The position numbers and the translations under genes are program-made. The notes beneath the pieces are model-generated. The model saw nothing but the letters and a program-made list of their open reading frames with translations, was not told where the DNA came from and searched no databases. This document shows positions 30,683-40,578 of a stretch of 64,000 bases of DNA, one piece after another. Source of the DNA: Gammaproteobacteria bacterium (GTDB lineage Bacteria; Pseudomonadota; Gammaproteobacteria; GCA-001735895); assembly GCA_029862125.1 (NCBI GenBank), contig JAOTXY010000010.1, forward strand, positions 41-64,040. Direction: 5' to 3'. The number at the start of each line of letters is the position of its first letter. Position 1 is the first letter of the stretch.

Positions 30683-31678
30683 TTATTCGTCATTAGCGGC
30701 TCCCAGCAGTTGCTGCTCGTAGCGTGCCAGTGTTTTGCCCGCACCCCAGTTATTGCCCTTTAGCGCCTGCAGGATCGCGATCAGGTTGCTGTCGCGTACG
30801 CGCTCAAGATCGCGCGGGGTCAGGCCAGCGGCCTGCTGATCGCACTGATCGCCGACCTCATTGACAAACTCATCGGTCAGTTCGGGTACGTCCATGAGTT
30901 TGGTCCAGGGCCACTTCAGGCACGGACCGAACATCGCCAGCATCGCACGCATGCCGCCTTCGCCACCAGCCAGGTGGAAAGTCTGCATGGTACCCATCTG
31001 CGCCCAGCGCAGGCCGGGGCCGTAAGCGATCGCGGCGTCGATTTCCTCGGCGGTCGCGACCTTGTCGTGCAGTAGCCAAAGCGCTTCGCGCCACAAGGCT
31101 TCCTGCAGGCGATCCGACAGAAAACCCTCGATTTCGACGCGACAGTGCAGCGGATGCATGCCGATGGCGGCGAAGAAATGCTTGCCCCATTCGATATATT
31201 TCGAATTAGTTTTCTCACCGGATACCAGTTCAACCAGTGGTAGCAGGTAGACCGGGTTGAACGGATGGGCAACCATCAGGCGCTCGGGATGTGTCATTTC
31301 GGACTGTAGTTCGGTCGGCATGATGCCCGAGGTCGACGATGTGATGACCGCGTCACTCGCCGCCGTGGTTTCGATTTCAGCGTAAACCGCGCGCTTGATG
31401 TCCGGGCGTTCAGGCACCGACTCGATGATCAGTTGCGCGCCTTTGGCCGCCTCTGCCGCGGTGGCGTGCCAGCTGATAGTACCCTTGTTCGTGGAACGAA
31501 CGCTGGTCAGGTTGGCAAATGCCTGTTCAGCATTGGCGAGCACTGTATTTAGCTTGTTTTCGGCGTCGGGCGCCGGATCAAAGACGCGCACGTCGATTCC
31601 GTTTTCGACCAGGCGCGCGCTCCAGCCACCACCGATAACGCCACCGCCGATGATGGCGGCTGTCTTTACCTCAATCAT
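30683..31678 (-). CDS. lcdH: L-carnitine 3-dehydrogenase (3-hydroxyacyl-CoA dehydrogenase family), no fused thioesterase
   Basis: GGGVIGGGW, HPFNPVYLLPLVE, DRLQEALWREAL, GPGLRWAQMG, FGPCLKWPWTKLMDVPEL. Confidence 0.88.
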   Translation of the reverse strand: MIEVKTAAIIGGGVIGGGWSARLVENGIDVRVFDPAPDAENKLNTVLANAEQAFANLTSVRSTNKGTISWHATAAEAAKGAQLIIESVPERPDIKRAVYAEIETTAASDAVITSSTSGIMPTELQSEMTHPERLMVAHPFNPVYLLPLVELVSGEKTNSKYIEWGKHFFAAIGMHPLHCRVEIEGFLSDRLQEALWREALWLLHDKVATAEEIDAAIAYGPGLRWAQMGTMQTFHLAGGEGGMRAMLAMFGPCLKWPWTKLMDVPELTDEFVNEVGDQCDQQAAGLTPRDLERVRDSNLIAILQALKGNNWGAGKTLARYEQQLLGAANDE

Positions 31679-31690
31679 GTTTTTACTCCC

Positions 31691-32608
31691 TTATTTTGAG
31701 ACCGGCGGACGTTTTTGCAGTTGCATTTTTTCGCGCACCTCGGTCGGAGTCATCAGGGTTGCACCCATGTTGGTAACAATGGTTGCCGCCATTTCCACGA
31801 GTTGTGCGTTAGTCGCAAGCTCGCCTTTTCTGAGCCAAAGGTTGTCCTCGAGGCCGACACGCACATTGCCACCGGCAAGTACCGCGGCGGCGGCGTAGGG
31901 CATTTCGTGGCGGCCGATCGAAAACGCCGAAAAGGTCCAGTTGTCCGGGGTATTGTTGACCATCGACATGAAGGTGTTCAAGTCATCCGGAGCACCCCAC
32001 GGAATACCCATACACATCTGGATCATGACCGGGTCCTGGATGATGCCTTCTTCGACCAGCTGCTTGGCAAACCACAGGTGGCCGGTTTCGAAGACTTCGA
32101 TTTCGGGACGCACGCCGAGATCGGTCATCATTTGACCCATCGCGCGCAGCATACCGGGGGTATTGGTCATGACGTAGTCAGCCTCGGCGAAATTCATTGT
32201 GCCGCAGTCGAGGGTGCAGATTTCAGGCAGGCATTCGGCGACATGCGCAACACGTTCAGTAGCGCCCGCCATATCGGTTCCAGCCTCGTTCAGGGGGAGC
32301 GGATTCTCCGGGTCGCCAAACACCAGGTCACCGCCCATGCCGGCAGTGAAGTTGACCACGACATCGGTTTCAGAATCACGGATACGATCGATAACCTCAC
32401 GGTAGAGTTCTACCCGACGACTGGGTTTGCCGGTTTCAGGTTCGCGCACGTGGCAATGGACAACGGCGGCGCCTGCCTTGGCGGCATCGATCGCGCTGCT
32501 GGCGATTTGTTCGGGCGAGCGCGGCACGTGGGGAGAACGATCCTGTGAGCTGCCGGAACCGGTAACAGCACAGGTAATGAAAGGATTCAGATTGGCGCTT
32601 AAAGGCAT
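31691..32608 (-). CDS. cdhC: Beta-keto acid cleavage enzyme (BKACE/DUF849); probable 3-dehydrocarnitine cleavage enzyme
   Basis: FITCAVTG, VHCHVR, PEICTLDCGTMNF, VRVGLEDNL; directly upstream of carnitine dehydrogenase. Confidence 0.85.
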   Translation of the reverse strand: MPLSANLNPFITCAVTGSGSSQDRSPHVPRSPEQIASSAIDAAKAGAAVVHCHVREPETGKPSRRVELYREVIDRIRDSETDVVVNFTAGMGGDLVFGDPENPLPLNEAGTDMAGATERVAHVAECLPEICTLDCGTMNFAEADYVMTNTPGMLRAMGQMMTDLGVRPEIEVFETGHLWFAKQLVEEGIIQDPVMIQMCMGIPWGAPDDLNTFMSMVNNTPDNWTFSAFSIGRHEMPYAAAAVLAGGNVRVGLEDNLWLRKGELATNAQLVEMAATIVTNMGATLMTPTEVREKMQLQKRPPVSK

Positions 32609-32698
32609 GGCACACCTCCATTAATAGAACGCGCCATCATGCCATGGATTGCGGGATTGTGATTGCATTAATGCGCAAAATATTTAACAATTTACGCA

Positions 32699-33676
32699 AT
32701 GAGTATCTTCAAACCGAGCGATCAAAAACTCCGGGTAACGCTGCTGGTATTGCCCGATTCGTCGATGATGTCGCTGGCATCGGCGCTCGACACCATGCGT
32801 GCCGCAAACCGTATCGCAAGCAGTGAACTATTTGAATGGAAAATCATAACCCTGAACGGAAAACCGGCGCGCCTGACCTGCGATATATCGATCGAACCCG
32901 ACGCCACGCTTGATGAACATTCGCACGGGGATGTGCTGATCGTCATTGCCAGTTTCCATCAGCAGCAACATGCGGGACCTGCCCATTTAAAGTTGATCAA
33001 GCGGGTGGCTCGAAATTTCTCGATGGTTGGTGGCATAGAGGCCGGCAGCTGGATCCTGGCACGCAGCGGCTTACTGGAACGTAAATCGGCAACTACTCAC
33101 TGGGAAGACCTGGAGGAATTTGGCACTCGCTTTCCCGCGGTCAACTTGAAAGCGGATCGTTTCGTTATCGATGGCCCGGTATTTACCACCGGTGGTGCGT
33201 CACCAACCTTCGACTTCATGCTGTACCTGATCCGCAAGCGCTACGGTTATCCGCTCGCGATCGAAGTTTCCAGCGCCTTCATTTATGACGGCGTGCACAG
33301 CGCTACGGATACCCAGCCACTGGTGTCACTCGGCATGCTGGAAAATAACGAGCCCCGGGTCGCCGCGGCGATACACCTGATGGAACAGCATATCGATGAC
33401 ACCCTGACGATAGCCCAGGTGGCACGGCAGATCGATTTATCGGTGCGTATGCTCGAATACCTTTTCAGGCAGACACTGAATCTTTCCCCGGCTGCTTACT
33501 ATCGTCGTCTGAGGTTGCAAACCGCGCGCCGCATGGTGGTCGATACACGGCTCAAGTTGCAGGAAATCGCCATTCGCACCGGCTTTAACTCGTTGTCTTC
33601 ATTTTCGCGCCTGTTTAGCCAGTACTACCAGCAATCCCCCGGGGAATGTCGCCGCCTGGCGCAAAGTACAATTTGA
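32699..33676 (+). CDS. GlxA-type AraC regulator (CdhR-like)
   Basis: DJ-1-like N-terminus (ATTHWEDL) plus AraC HTH (IAIRTGFNSLSSFSR); divergent from the carnitine operon. Confidence 0.9.
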   Translation: MSIFKPSDQKLRVTLLVLPDSSMMSLASALDTMRAANRIASSELFEWKIITLNGKPARLTCDISIEPDATLDEHSHGDVLIVIASFHQQQHAGPAHLKLIKRVARNFSMVGGIEAGSWILARSGLLERKSATTHWEDLEEFGTRFPAVNLKADRFVIDGPVFTTGGASPTFDFMLYLIRKRYGYPLAIEVSSAFIYDGVHSATDTQPLVSLGMLENNEPRVAAAIHLMEQHIDDTLTIAQVARQIDLSVRMLEYLFRQTLNLSPAAYYRRLRLQTARRMVVDTRLKLQEIAIRTGFNSLSSFSRLFSQYYQQSPGECRRLAQSTI

Positions 33677-33827
33677 ATCTGTTGTCCTGCTGGATTGGCG
33701 CAAATAGATAATCTTCAGTCGCGCATAAATCTTACACCGGGCATTGCTGTGATAGTATTCGTCGCTGTAAATCGACTGTGATCGAGGAATTCCCCTGCGA
33801 TCACCAGAATGGAAAGTTGCGAGCGTA

Positions 33828-34577
33828 ATGAAAATACTGGTATGTGTGAAACGCGTGCTAGACCCCCAGGTCAAGGCACGTGTCAAGGCGGATGAATCGG
33901 GTGTCGATCTGGCGAACGCCAAGATGACCATGAATCCCTTTTGTGAAAATGCCCTCGAAGAGGCGCTGCGCCTGCGCGAGGCCGGCATTGGCGAGGAAAT
34001 TATCGTGGCCTCGGTCGGCGGTGGTAAAACCGAGGAAACCCTGCGCCATGGACTCGCCATGGGCGCCGATCGCGCGATCCAGGTGGTAACCGAGGAAACG
34101 CTGGAGCCGCTCGCCATCGCCAAGGTGCTGAAGCAGGTCGCCGAGCAGGAAAGCGTTGGCCTTGTGCTCGCCGGCAAACAGGCCATCGACGACGACTCCA
34201 ACCAGACCGCACAAATGCTGTCGGCGCTGCTGGGCTGGTCGCAGGCGACCTATTGCTCGGAAATCAAGATCGAGGGTGATAAGGCGACCGTAACCCGTGA
34301 GGTCGACGCCGGTCTCGAGACTATCGAGGTGAAGATGCCGGCCGTTATGAGTGCCGACCTGCGCCTCAACGAGCCGCGTTACGTCAAGCTACCCGACGTT
34401 ATGAAAGCCAAGCGCAAGCCGATGGATAAAATCGAGCTCGATAGCCTGGGGCTCGATACCGCCAATCGCCTGACGACCTTGAAAGTCGAAGAACCGGAAG
34501 GCCGCGCCGCCGGCGTGATTGTAAACAGCGTCAGTGAACTGGTCGAAAAACTGCGCAACGAAGCGAAGGTGATTTAG
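33828..34577 (+). CDS. etfB: Electron transfer flavoprotein beta subunit
   Basis: [32 protein letters not shown]. Confidence 0.96.
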   Translation: MKILVCVKRVLDPQVKARVKADESGVDLANAKMTMNPFCENALEEALRLREAGIGEEIIVASVGGGKTEETLRHGLAMGADRAIQVVTEETLEPLAIAKVLKQVAEQESVGLVLAGKQAIDDDSNQTAQMLSALLGWSQATYCSEIKIEGDKATVTREVDAGLETIEVKMPAVMSADLRLNEPRYVKLPDVMKAKRKPMDKIELDSLGLDTANRLTTLKVEEPEGRAAGVIVNSVSELVEKLRNEAKVI

Positions 34578-34579
34578 TC

Positions 34580-35509
34580 ATGGCAAATCTGGTAATCGTC
34601 GAACACGATAACAACGAAGTCGCCGCGGCAACCCTGCATGCGGTGACTGCTGCGCAGCAAATTGGTGGTGACATCGACCTGCTGGTCGCAGGCGAAAATT
34701 GCGGTGCGGTTGCTGAAGAGGCCGCCAAAATTGCTGGCGTTAGCAGCGTCAAGGTGGCTGATGATGCGAAGTTCGGTCATCACCTCGCGGAAAACCTGGC
34801 GACCCTGATCGTCGAAGTTGCCGCGGGTTACAGTCACGTACTGGCCTCGGCCACCACCTTCGGCAAGAACGTCATGCCGCACGCTGCGGCCTTACTCGAC
34901 AAGGCGCAGATTTCCGAAATTGTCGAAGTCAAGTCAGCCGATACCTTCGTGCGCCCGATCTACGCAGGTAACGCGCTGGCGACGGTACAGTCTTCGGATT
35001 CGATCAAGATAATTACCGTGCGCACCATCAAATTCGAAGCCGCGGCAGCCGAAGGGGGTTCCGCGAACGTCGAAGCGATCAGCGGCGGTACCGATACTGG
35101 CCTGTCGAGCTGGGTGTCGCAGGCGGTTTCCAGCAACGACCAGGTCGATCTGACTTCGGCCAAGATCGTCATTTCCGGCGGTCGCGGCATGCAGTCCGGC
35201 GATAACTTTAGCATGTTGCACTCGGTCGCCGACAAGCTCGGCGCAGCGGTTGGCGCATCGCGCGCCGCGGTCGATTCCGGCTTTGTACCGAACGAATTCC
35301 AGGTTGGCCAGACCGGCAAGGTCATCGCGCCGGATTTGTACATCGCGGTCGGTATCTCCGGTGCGATCCAGCACCTCGCTGGGATGAAGGAGAGCAAGGT
35401 TATCGTCGCCATCAACAACGACAGCGAAGCGCCGATCTTCCAGGTCGCGGATTATGGCCTGGTCGCGGATCTTTTCGAAGCGGTACCCGAGCTCGACGCC
35501 GCGCTGTAA
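34580..35509 (+). CDS. etfA: Electron transfer flavoprotein alpha subunit
   Basis: RPIYAGN, SGGRG, GASRAAVD, QVGQTGK, GISGAIQHLAGM. Confidence 0.96.
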   Translation: MANLVIVEHDNNEVAAATLHAVTAAQQIGGDIDLLVAGENCGAVAEEAAKIAGVSSVKVADDAKFGHHLAENLATLIVEVAAGYSHVLASATTFGKNVMPHAAALLDKAQISEIVEVKSADTFVRPIYAGNALATVQSSDSIKIITVRTIKFEAAAAEGGSANVEAISGGTDTGLSSWVSQAVSSNDQVDLTSAKIVISGGRGMQSGDNFSMLHSVADKLGAAVGASRAAVDSGFVPNEFQVGQTGKVIAPDLYIAVGISGAIQHLAGMKESKVIVAINNDSEAPIFQVADYGLVADLFEAVPELDAAL

Positions 35510-35518
35510 ACGGCACAC

Positions 35519-35543
35519 GTCATGCCCGCGAAAGCGGGCATCT
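35519..35543. repeat. REP-like palindrome
   Basis: GTCATGCCCGCGAAAGCGGGCATCT; same family as 26456-26481. Confidence 0.7.
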
Positions 35544-35554
35544 AGTAGAAACAC

Positions 35555-35588
35555 AAAACCCGCCGGATTCAATCCGGCGGGTTTTTTT
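35555..35588. terminator. Probably bidirectional intrinsic terminator
   Basis: AAAACCCGCCGGATT-C-AATCCGGCGGGTTTTTTT between convergent etfA and the ABC binding protein gene. Confidence 0.88.
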
Positions 35589-35629
35589 GCGCTTCACAAC
35601 GGAATTGGTGCCAGTGAGCCCGATTTTGC

Positions 35630-37237
35630 TCAGGCGAACCACCACCGTTCGGCATTCTTCATGCCGTCCAGTTCCCAGTTGTTGCCGATCTGCTCGGGAA
35701 GGCCGAGTTTGTCGTTCACCGCCATCACGTCACTGAGAAACAGCGGTATTACAGCGCCCCCGTCGTTGTGCACGATTTGCTGCATTTCGACATAGATTTC
35801 GCGCCGTTTCTCCGCATTCAGTTCGGCACGGCCCTGGATCAGCAACTTGTTGAATTGCTCGTTCTTCCAGTAAGTTTCGTTCCATTTGGCATCTGCGGAG
35901 TAAACCTGGGAAAACATCCAGTTTTCGGTGGGCCGGCCGCTCCAGTAGGAGCCACACCAGGGCTTTTTCAACCACACGTCGGCCCAGTAGCCGTCATTGG
36001 CTTCGCGTTTAATGTCGATATTGATCCCGGCGGGCTTGGCCGATTCGCGCATTAGCTGCCCGGCGTCCACCGCACCGGCGAAGGCCGTATCCGCGGCATG
36101 GAATTCCACCGACAGGTTCTCCATTTTGGCCTGCTTCAAGTGCCACTTCGCCTTGTCGGGATCGTATCCCCGCTGCGGCAGCTCTTCGGTGGTCGCGCGA
36201 TACACGTTGGCCGGGCCGATCGGATTGTCGTTGCCGAGTTCACCGTAGCCAAATGCGATCTTGTCGAGCCACTCTTTGCGCTGGATTATCAACTTGAGCG
36301 CCATGCGAACGTGATTATTGTCATAGGGCGCCAGATCCGTGCGCATCGGCAGCGTGATCTGCTTGTTACCCGTGGTGGCGATAACTTTCACGCCTGGCAG
36401 CTTGGCAAACCGACTGGCAGTTTTCAAATCCACTTTCTGGATGCAATCCACCGTATCCGTTCGCAGGGCAGTGGTGCGCGCCCCCGGGTCTTCGAGCTGC
36501 AGTGACTCGATTTCATCGAAATGCGCTTTACCTTCTTTCCAGTAGTTGGGATTGCGCTTGGTAAAAGTTCGAATACCGGGTTCATGGTCCACCAGGCTGT
36601 AGCCGCCCGTGCCGATGCCGGATTGCCAGTCGATGCTACCGTCGCCGTTGGAGGGGCAGATCAGGATGTGATAGTCGCTGAGGATGAACGGAAAGTCGGC
36701 ATCGCCGCCACTGAGTCCTACTACCACTGTATTCGCCCCATCCGCCTTGACCGAGTCAACGCCGGTGAGGATGCCGGCCGCGCCCGATGTCGAACCTTCA
36801 CCGAGGTGATGCTGCAACGAATCTACCACGTCCTGCGAATTCAGGGTCTTACCATTGTGGAATTCCACACCCTTGCGAATTTTGAAAACCCACTGGGTGG
36901 CATCGGCGTTGGCCTCCCAGCTTTCGGCCAGTTCTCCGACCAGTTCACCGCTGGCAGAGACTTCGGTAAGGTTGTTACGCAACTGGCCGAATTGCACGTT
37001 GATCATGTAGGAGTCCAGGATCTGGCCCGGGTCCAGTACGTCACTGGTCGCGCCACCGGTGAGCCCCTGCCTGAGCTTGCCACCTTTCTTTGGAGCGGCC
37101 AGTGCCGCTTCGCTGTATAGCATGGGTGCCATCGCTCCCGCGCCCAGTGCCATCGCCGCGGTCAGGAATTTACGGCGGCTCAGGCCGTTTTCCGTAACCA
37201 GTCGTTGCAGAAATTTGATTTCGTCGTCTTGTTTCAT
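35630..37237 (-). CDS. ABC transporter substrate-binding protein (peptide/opine/nickel family), Tat signal
   Basis: SRRKFL, GELAESWE, IRKGVEFHNGK, IGTGGY, WNETYW; start placed at MKQDDE after GGAGAGG. Confidence 0.9.
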   Translation of the reverse strand: MKQDDEIKFLQRLVTENGLSRRKFLTAAMALGAGAMAPMLYSEAALAAPKKGGKLRQGLTGGATSDVLDPGQILDSYMINVQFGQLRNNLTEVSASGELVGELAESWEANADATQWVFKIRKGVEFHNGKTLNSQDVVDSLQHHLGEGSTSGAAGILTGVDSVKADGANTVVVGLSGGDADFPFILSDYHILICPSNGDGSIDWQSGIGTGGYSLVDHEPGIRTFTKRNPNYWKEGKAHFDEIESLQLEDPGARTTALRTDTVDCIQKVDLKTASRFAKLPGVKVIATTGNKQITLPMRTDLAPYDNNHVRMALKLIIQRKEWLDKIAFGYGELGNDNPIGPANVYRATTEELPQRGYDPDKAKWHLKQAKMENLSVEFHAADTAFAGAVDAGQLMRESAKPAGINIDIKREANDGYWADVWLKKPWCGSYWSGRPTENWMFSQVYSADAKWNETYWKNEQFNKLLIQGRAELNAEKRREIYVEMQQIVHNDGGAVIPLFLSDVMAVNDKLGLPEQIGNNWELDGMKNAERWWFA

Positions 37238-37445
37238 ATGTCCTCTCCGGTTGGGGTCTTTTTTTGCGAAACAGGCCGTTAACGGCAATCTGATTCGCTT
37301 TGTCCCGCGATTATAACCCCGAAACCATCGCAGATCGAAACATTATATCTTTCAATAACGACGAGATTGCGCAATGGCAACAGAAATTAAGGTTCAAAAA
37401 AGTGACACAGGGATTGTATTTCAATCCTCCCGTCTTTCGTTCCAG

Positions 37446-37498
37446 GACAGGAGTCGGTGACAAATGATTCTAATTCTCATTTGTCACCGACCCCTGTC
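37446..37498. repeat. Long near-perfect palindrome (22-bp arms, 9-nt loop)
   Basis: GACAGGAGTCGGTGACAAATGA / TCATTTGTCACCGACCCCTGTC, one mismatch. Confidence 0.85.
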
Positions 37499-37585
37499 AT
37501 TGATAAGGTGACAGTTCACTTGATTCCGAGATAACTAAACGCTTAGCAGAATTTTTCGAATAGCGTGACATTACAGGAGAGGAAC

Positions 37586-37870
37586 GTGGCAAGTACTCCA
37601 CTATTGGCCGATCTGGAAAGAGCCCTTGATCTGTTGAAGCAGGTTGATGAAAGCAGGTTGGACTTCGCCCCTGACCCGAATGTCTCTCCCGACATTCGCG
37701 AACTAACCGGTATCGAGAAGTATCCGGTAGATTCTCACCTGGCGAATCTACGGGCCAGGATCAAGGCCGTCGTGAAAGCGGGGGATAAGCTGGACCCGCG
37801 CGAACCATCCGATTACGTGTCGCAGCTCATCGTCGCATGCGTAAGGCTCGCCCCGCCGAGCGACGATTGA
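37586..37870 (+). CDS. Hypothetical protein
   Basis: Only sizeable ORF in the gap; GTG start after a strong AGGAGAGG RBS. Confidence 0.65.
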   Translation: MASTPLLADLERALDLLKQVDESRLDFAPDPNVSPDIRELTGIEKYPVDSHLANLRARIKAVVKAGDKLDPREPSDYVSQLIVACVRLAPPSDD

Positions 37871-37916
37871 ACCTGGCATCAAGGAATTTAAGAAACTAAG
37901 TCGACAGTCTAAGTTT

Positions 37917-39476
37917 TCAATCGAACCGTTTCCGCACCCAGAAAACGATTGCGCCAAGCAGGAGCAATGCCAAAATGCCAGAGATCAATGGTTTGCTGTC
38001 GGACTTGTCGCTCTCAATCGTTTTATTTTCGGATTGACTTTCGAGGGCTTTCTCGCGTGCCTGGCGAGATTTATCGAGACCCTGGTAGGTGACGTAATAC
38101 TTATAGATATTGCGCACATAGGAAGCCGGTTCGCCGCTTACCGCCCGGTACATGCCAATCTCGACATTGCCGAACCAGCGGTTGGGATCGAAACCCAGCT
38201 GCCTGGCGTGTTTGCGCGCGCGCTGCATGTTGCCCGGGCCGGCGTTGTAGGCCGCGAAGGAGAACAGCACCCGGTCGAGCGGTGAAATCGTCGGCTCCGA
38301 GAAGTAGGTCTCGCGCAGCCAGTGCAGGTATTTAACCCCGGCATGAACATTGTTCTCGACCGTTGAAATATCGGGGATGTCGACCGCCTTGTCCGCAGCT
38401 GTCGTGGGCAGTAACTGCATCACGCCCACCGCGCCGGCCGAGCTGCGCTTGTTCTGGTCGAAGCGCGATTCCTGGTAGGCCTGGGCCGCAATAATTATCC
38501 AGTCAAATTCATACTGGCCCGCATATCGCTTGATGATTTCGATGGTTTCCCCGTACCGTTTTCGGTTCTCACCGGAGAGCACATTTTCCAGCCATCCGGT
38601 GTTGCCGAGGTAGCGCTTGCGGAGAATGTTGCCGAGCAGGCTGCCTTTTTTGACAGTCTCGCTGAATGCAGAGATCGATTTCATCAGTGCCGGGCTGTCC
38701 TTGCGAATGGCCCAGGCGATCCGGTTGCCGGAGTGCACCGATATATCACGGTGTACCTCGATATTTTCAAAAACCTGTTCCCAGAAGGCCGCCTTGTGGC
38801 TGTCGACAACGACAGCCTTTAACACCCCGGCATTGACCATATCGAGCAGGTCGTAGTCCTCGAGATTTTCATCCGCCTCGGTGATCGGGATCGGTTCCTT
38901 GCCCTGTGTCTCGCGCGCGGCATTCAACGTCTGCAGGTGTTCGAAGTAGCTGCTGGATCGACGCACGTAAAGCCCGGGATCAACGAGGTCGTCGAGCGAG
39001 GTGATATTTTTTACTGCGGGACCGGTTATGACCAGTTCGTCGACGTTCGGGTATATCGGGGGACCGAAGTCGACCAGCTTTTGCCGTTCGGGCGTGATCG
39101 TGAGATTTCCCATCACCAGGTCGCCGCGACCTTCGATAAGGCCCGGTATCAGTTCGTCGCGACCTACCGGAATCAGTACGATGGTGGGCGAGCGCACGCG
39201 CCCGATTTCCTCAGCGAGGTGATCGTCGAACAGCTTGCCCAGCTCGGCCACCATGCCTTTCTGCTTTGCACCGTCGAAGCTGAAGAACAGGGGGTTGTGG
39301 ACGGTGAGGATACGCAGGAAACCACGTTCAGTCATGCCGTCGAGATCGCCGTGCCAGGGCTGGTTGGCATGCTCCAGAATTTCGTCTGGCTCGTCGGTGG
39401 TGGCCAGCACGACTCCACCGCTGAACAGTATCGGCAGCAGCACTAGTAAAGCGAAAGCAGGTCTTGGCAAGCGCAT
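37917..39476 (-). CDS. MltF-like lytic transglycosylase (SBP domain + SLT domain), C-terminal TM anchor
   Basis: WHGDLDGM, ITPERQKLVDF, AQAYQESRF, GAVGVMQL, AAYNAGPG. Confidence 0.88.
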   Translation of the reverse strand: MRLPRPAFALLVLLPILFSGGVVLATTDEPDEILEHANQPWHGDLDGMTERGFLRILTVHNPLFFSFDGAKQKGMVAELGKLFDDHLAEEIGRVRSPTIVLIPVGRDELIPGLIEGRGDLVMGNLTITPERQKLVDFGPPIYPNVDELVITGPAVKNITSLDDLVDPGLYVRRSSSYFEHLQTLNAARETQGKEPIPITEADENLEDYDLLDMVNAGVLKAVVVDSHKAAFWEQVFENIEVHRDISVHSGNRIAWAIRKDSPALMKSISAFSETVKKGSLLGNILRKRYLGNTGWLENVLSGENRKRYGETIEIIKRYAGQYEFDWIIIAAQAYQESRFDQNKRSSAGAVGVMQLLPTTAADKAVDIPDISTVENNVHAGVKYLHWLRETYFSEPTISPLDRVLFSFAAYNAGPGNMQRARKHARQLGFDPNRWFGNVEIGMYRAVSGEPASYVRNIYKYYVTYQGLDKSRQAREKALESQSENKTIESDKSDSKPLISGILALLLLGAIVFWVRKRFD

Positions 39477-39917
39477 GGCAATACAGCATCGCAAGTGCAT
39501 TCGGGCCCGTCAAGCGCGGCTCGCCCACGGAATTACCAACCGATTCGAAAATCCAGTCAGGTAATAGCGTAGGAATTACGGTGACAGTTAACCGAATTCG
39601 ATAAGAAAGGATAATTTAACTGTAATCATTAGTGCCGCACCGGCAATGGCCGGCTACACGATGCCTCAACGGCATTGAAGCATCCGCTTGATCCCCTGTC
39701 TGCCTTCTCCATTGAGGTCGAATAATCCCCGGCGCATTTTGATCGTTGGTGTCGAGGCAAGCCCCGTGCTTACGCAAAACTGTCGTGAAAACATAAGCTT
39801 ATCGATATCCCCCCCGATTTGGATAGATCGACAAGGGATGTCTCACCGCGGATTGAAAACGATTGGCACAGTTAATGCCTGGTTTTCCCTAAACACGAGT
39901 TCAGGGGTGGAGTTAAC

Positions 39918-40325
39918 ATGAATAAATGTTCGATAACGGCCGCAATCTTGGCGATCCATTTTTTTATCTGGGTATTACCTGCCGTAACTAACGAGAGCAT
40001 TGCCGGAGGTCACTACCGGATCGGCACGCTTAATGAATCCCACCATTATCGCGACGACGAAGACTTTAATAGCAGCCACAATGGTTTCTATATCGCGCAT
40101 AACAACAATTTGTTTGGCACCTACTACAACTCGGATTTTGCGCAGAGTTTCTTCTACGCGCGCAACCGCCGAATCAACGACATATTCAGTTTCTCGTATG
40201 GCGTCGCCACTGGATACAACGTAGGCATGATTCCAATGGTTGGATTATCCGCACAAATGAGTATCTTCAAACTAACATTGACGCAGGAAGCAGCTGTGAT
40301 TGGCCTTGAGTTTTCGTTGTTATGA
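39918..40325 (+). CDS. Hypothetical exported protein, possibly a small PagP-like beta-barrel
   Basis: Signal-like N-terminus; SHHY..FNSSHNG, GTYYNS, GVATGY, IPMV pattern; family is inference. Confidence 0.55.
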   Translation: MNKCSITAAILAIHFFIWVLPAVTNESIAGGHYRIGTLNESHHYRDDEDFNSSHNGFYIAHNNNLFGTYYNSDFAQSFFYARNRRINDIFSFSYGVATGYNVGMIPMVGLSAQMSIFKLTLTQEAAVIGLEFSLL

Positions 40326-40334
40326 CGCCGCAGT

Positions 40335-40550
40335 TCGGGATCGTGGCAGCTTGTTTTCCGGGTCGTAGAGCGGCTTGTAACCGACTGACTCTACCTTCAT
40401 CAGAAATTGCTCGCCGAGATATTCCATGATCATCGCACGGCCTTCCTTGCAGTATTCGCGGGGCAGGTAGCCAAGCCCGATATTTTTATCGAGGCTTGGA
40501 CCGTAAGCGATACAAGTGATGTAAGAGCGGCACCCTTTCGCCTCGATCGG
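40335..40550 (-). pseudogene. Orphan 3'-end fragment of the dimethylglycine-dehydrogenase-like gene
   Basis: Translates as PIEAKGCRSY...GYKPLYDPENKLPRS; 54 of 71 residues identical (manual count) to the C-terminus of 52381-54945; the stop TGA reads CGA here. Confidence 0.93.
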
Positions 40551-40564
40551 AAATCCCCATGTAC

Positions 40565-40578
40565 TTGACCCTCATCAA
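40565..40578 (+). promoter_or_regulatory. FNR/Crp-family box upstream of fccAB-soxYZ
   Basis: TTGAC-CCTC-ATCAA; TTTAAT 22 nt downstream. Confidence 0.75.
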
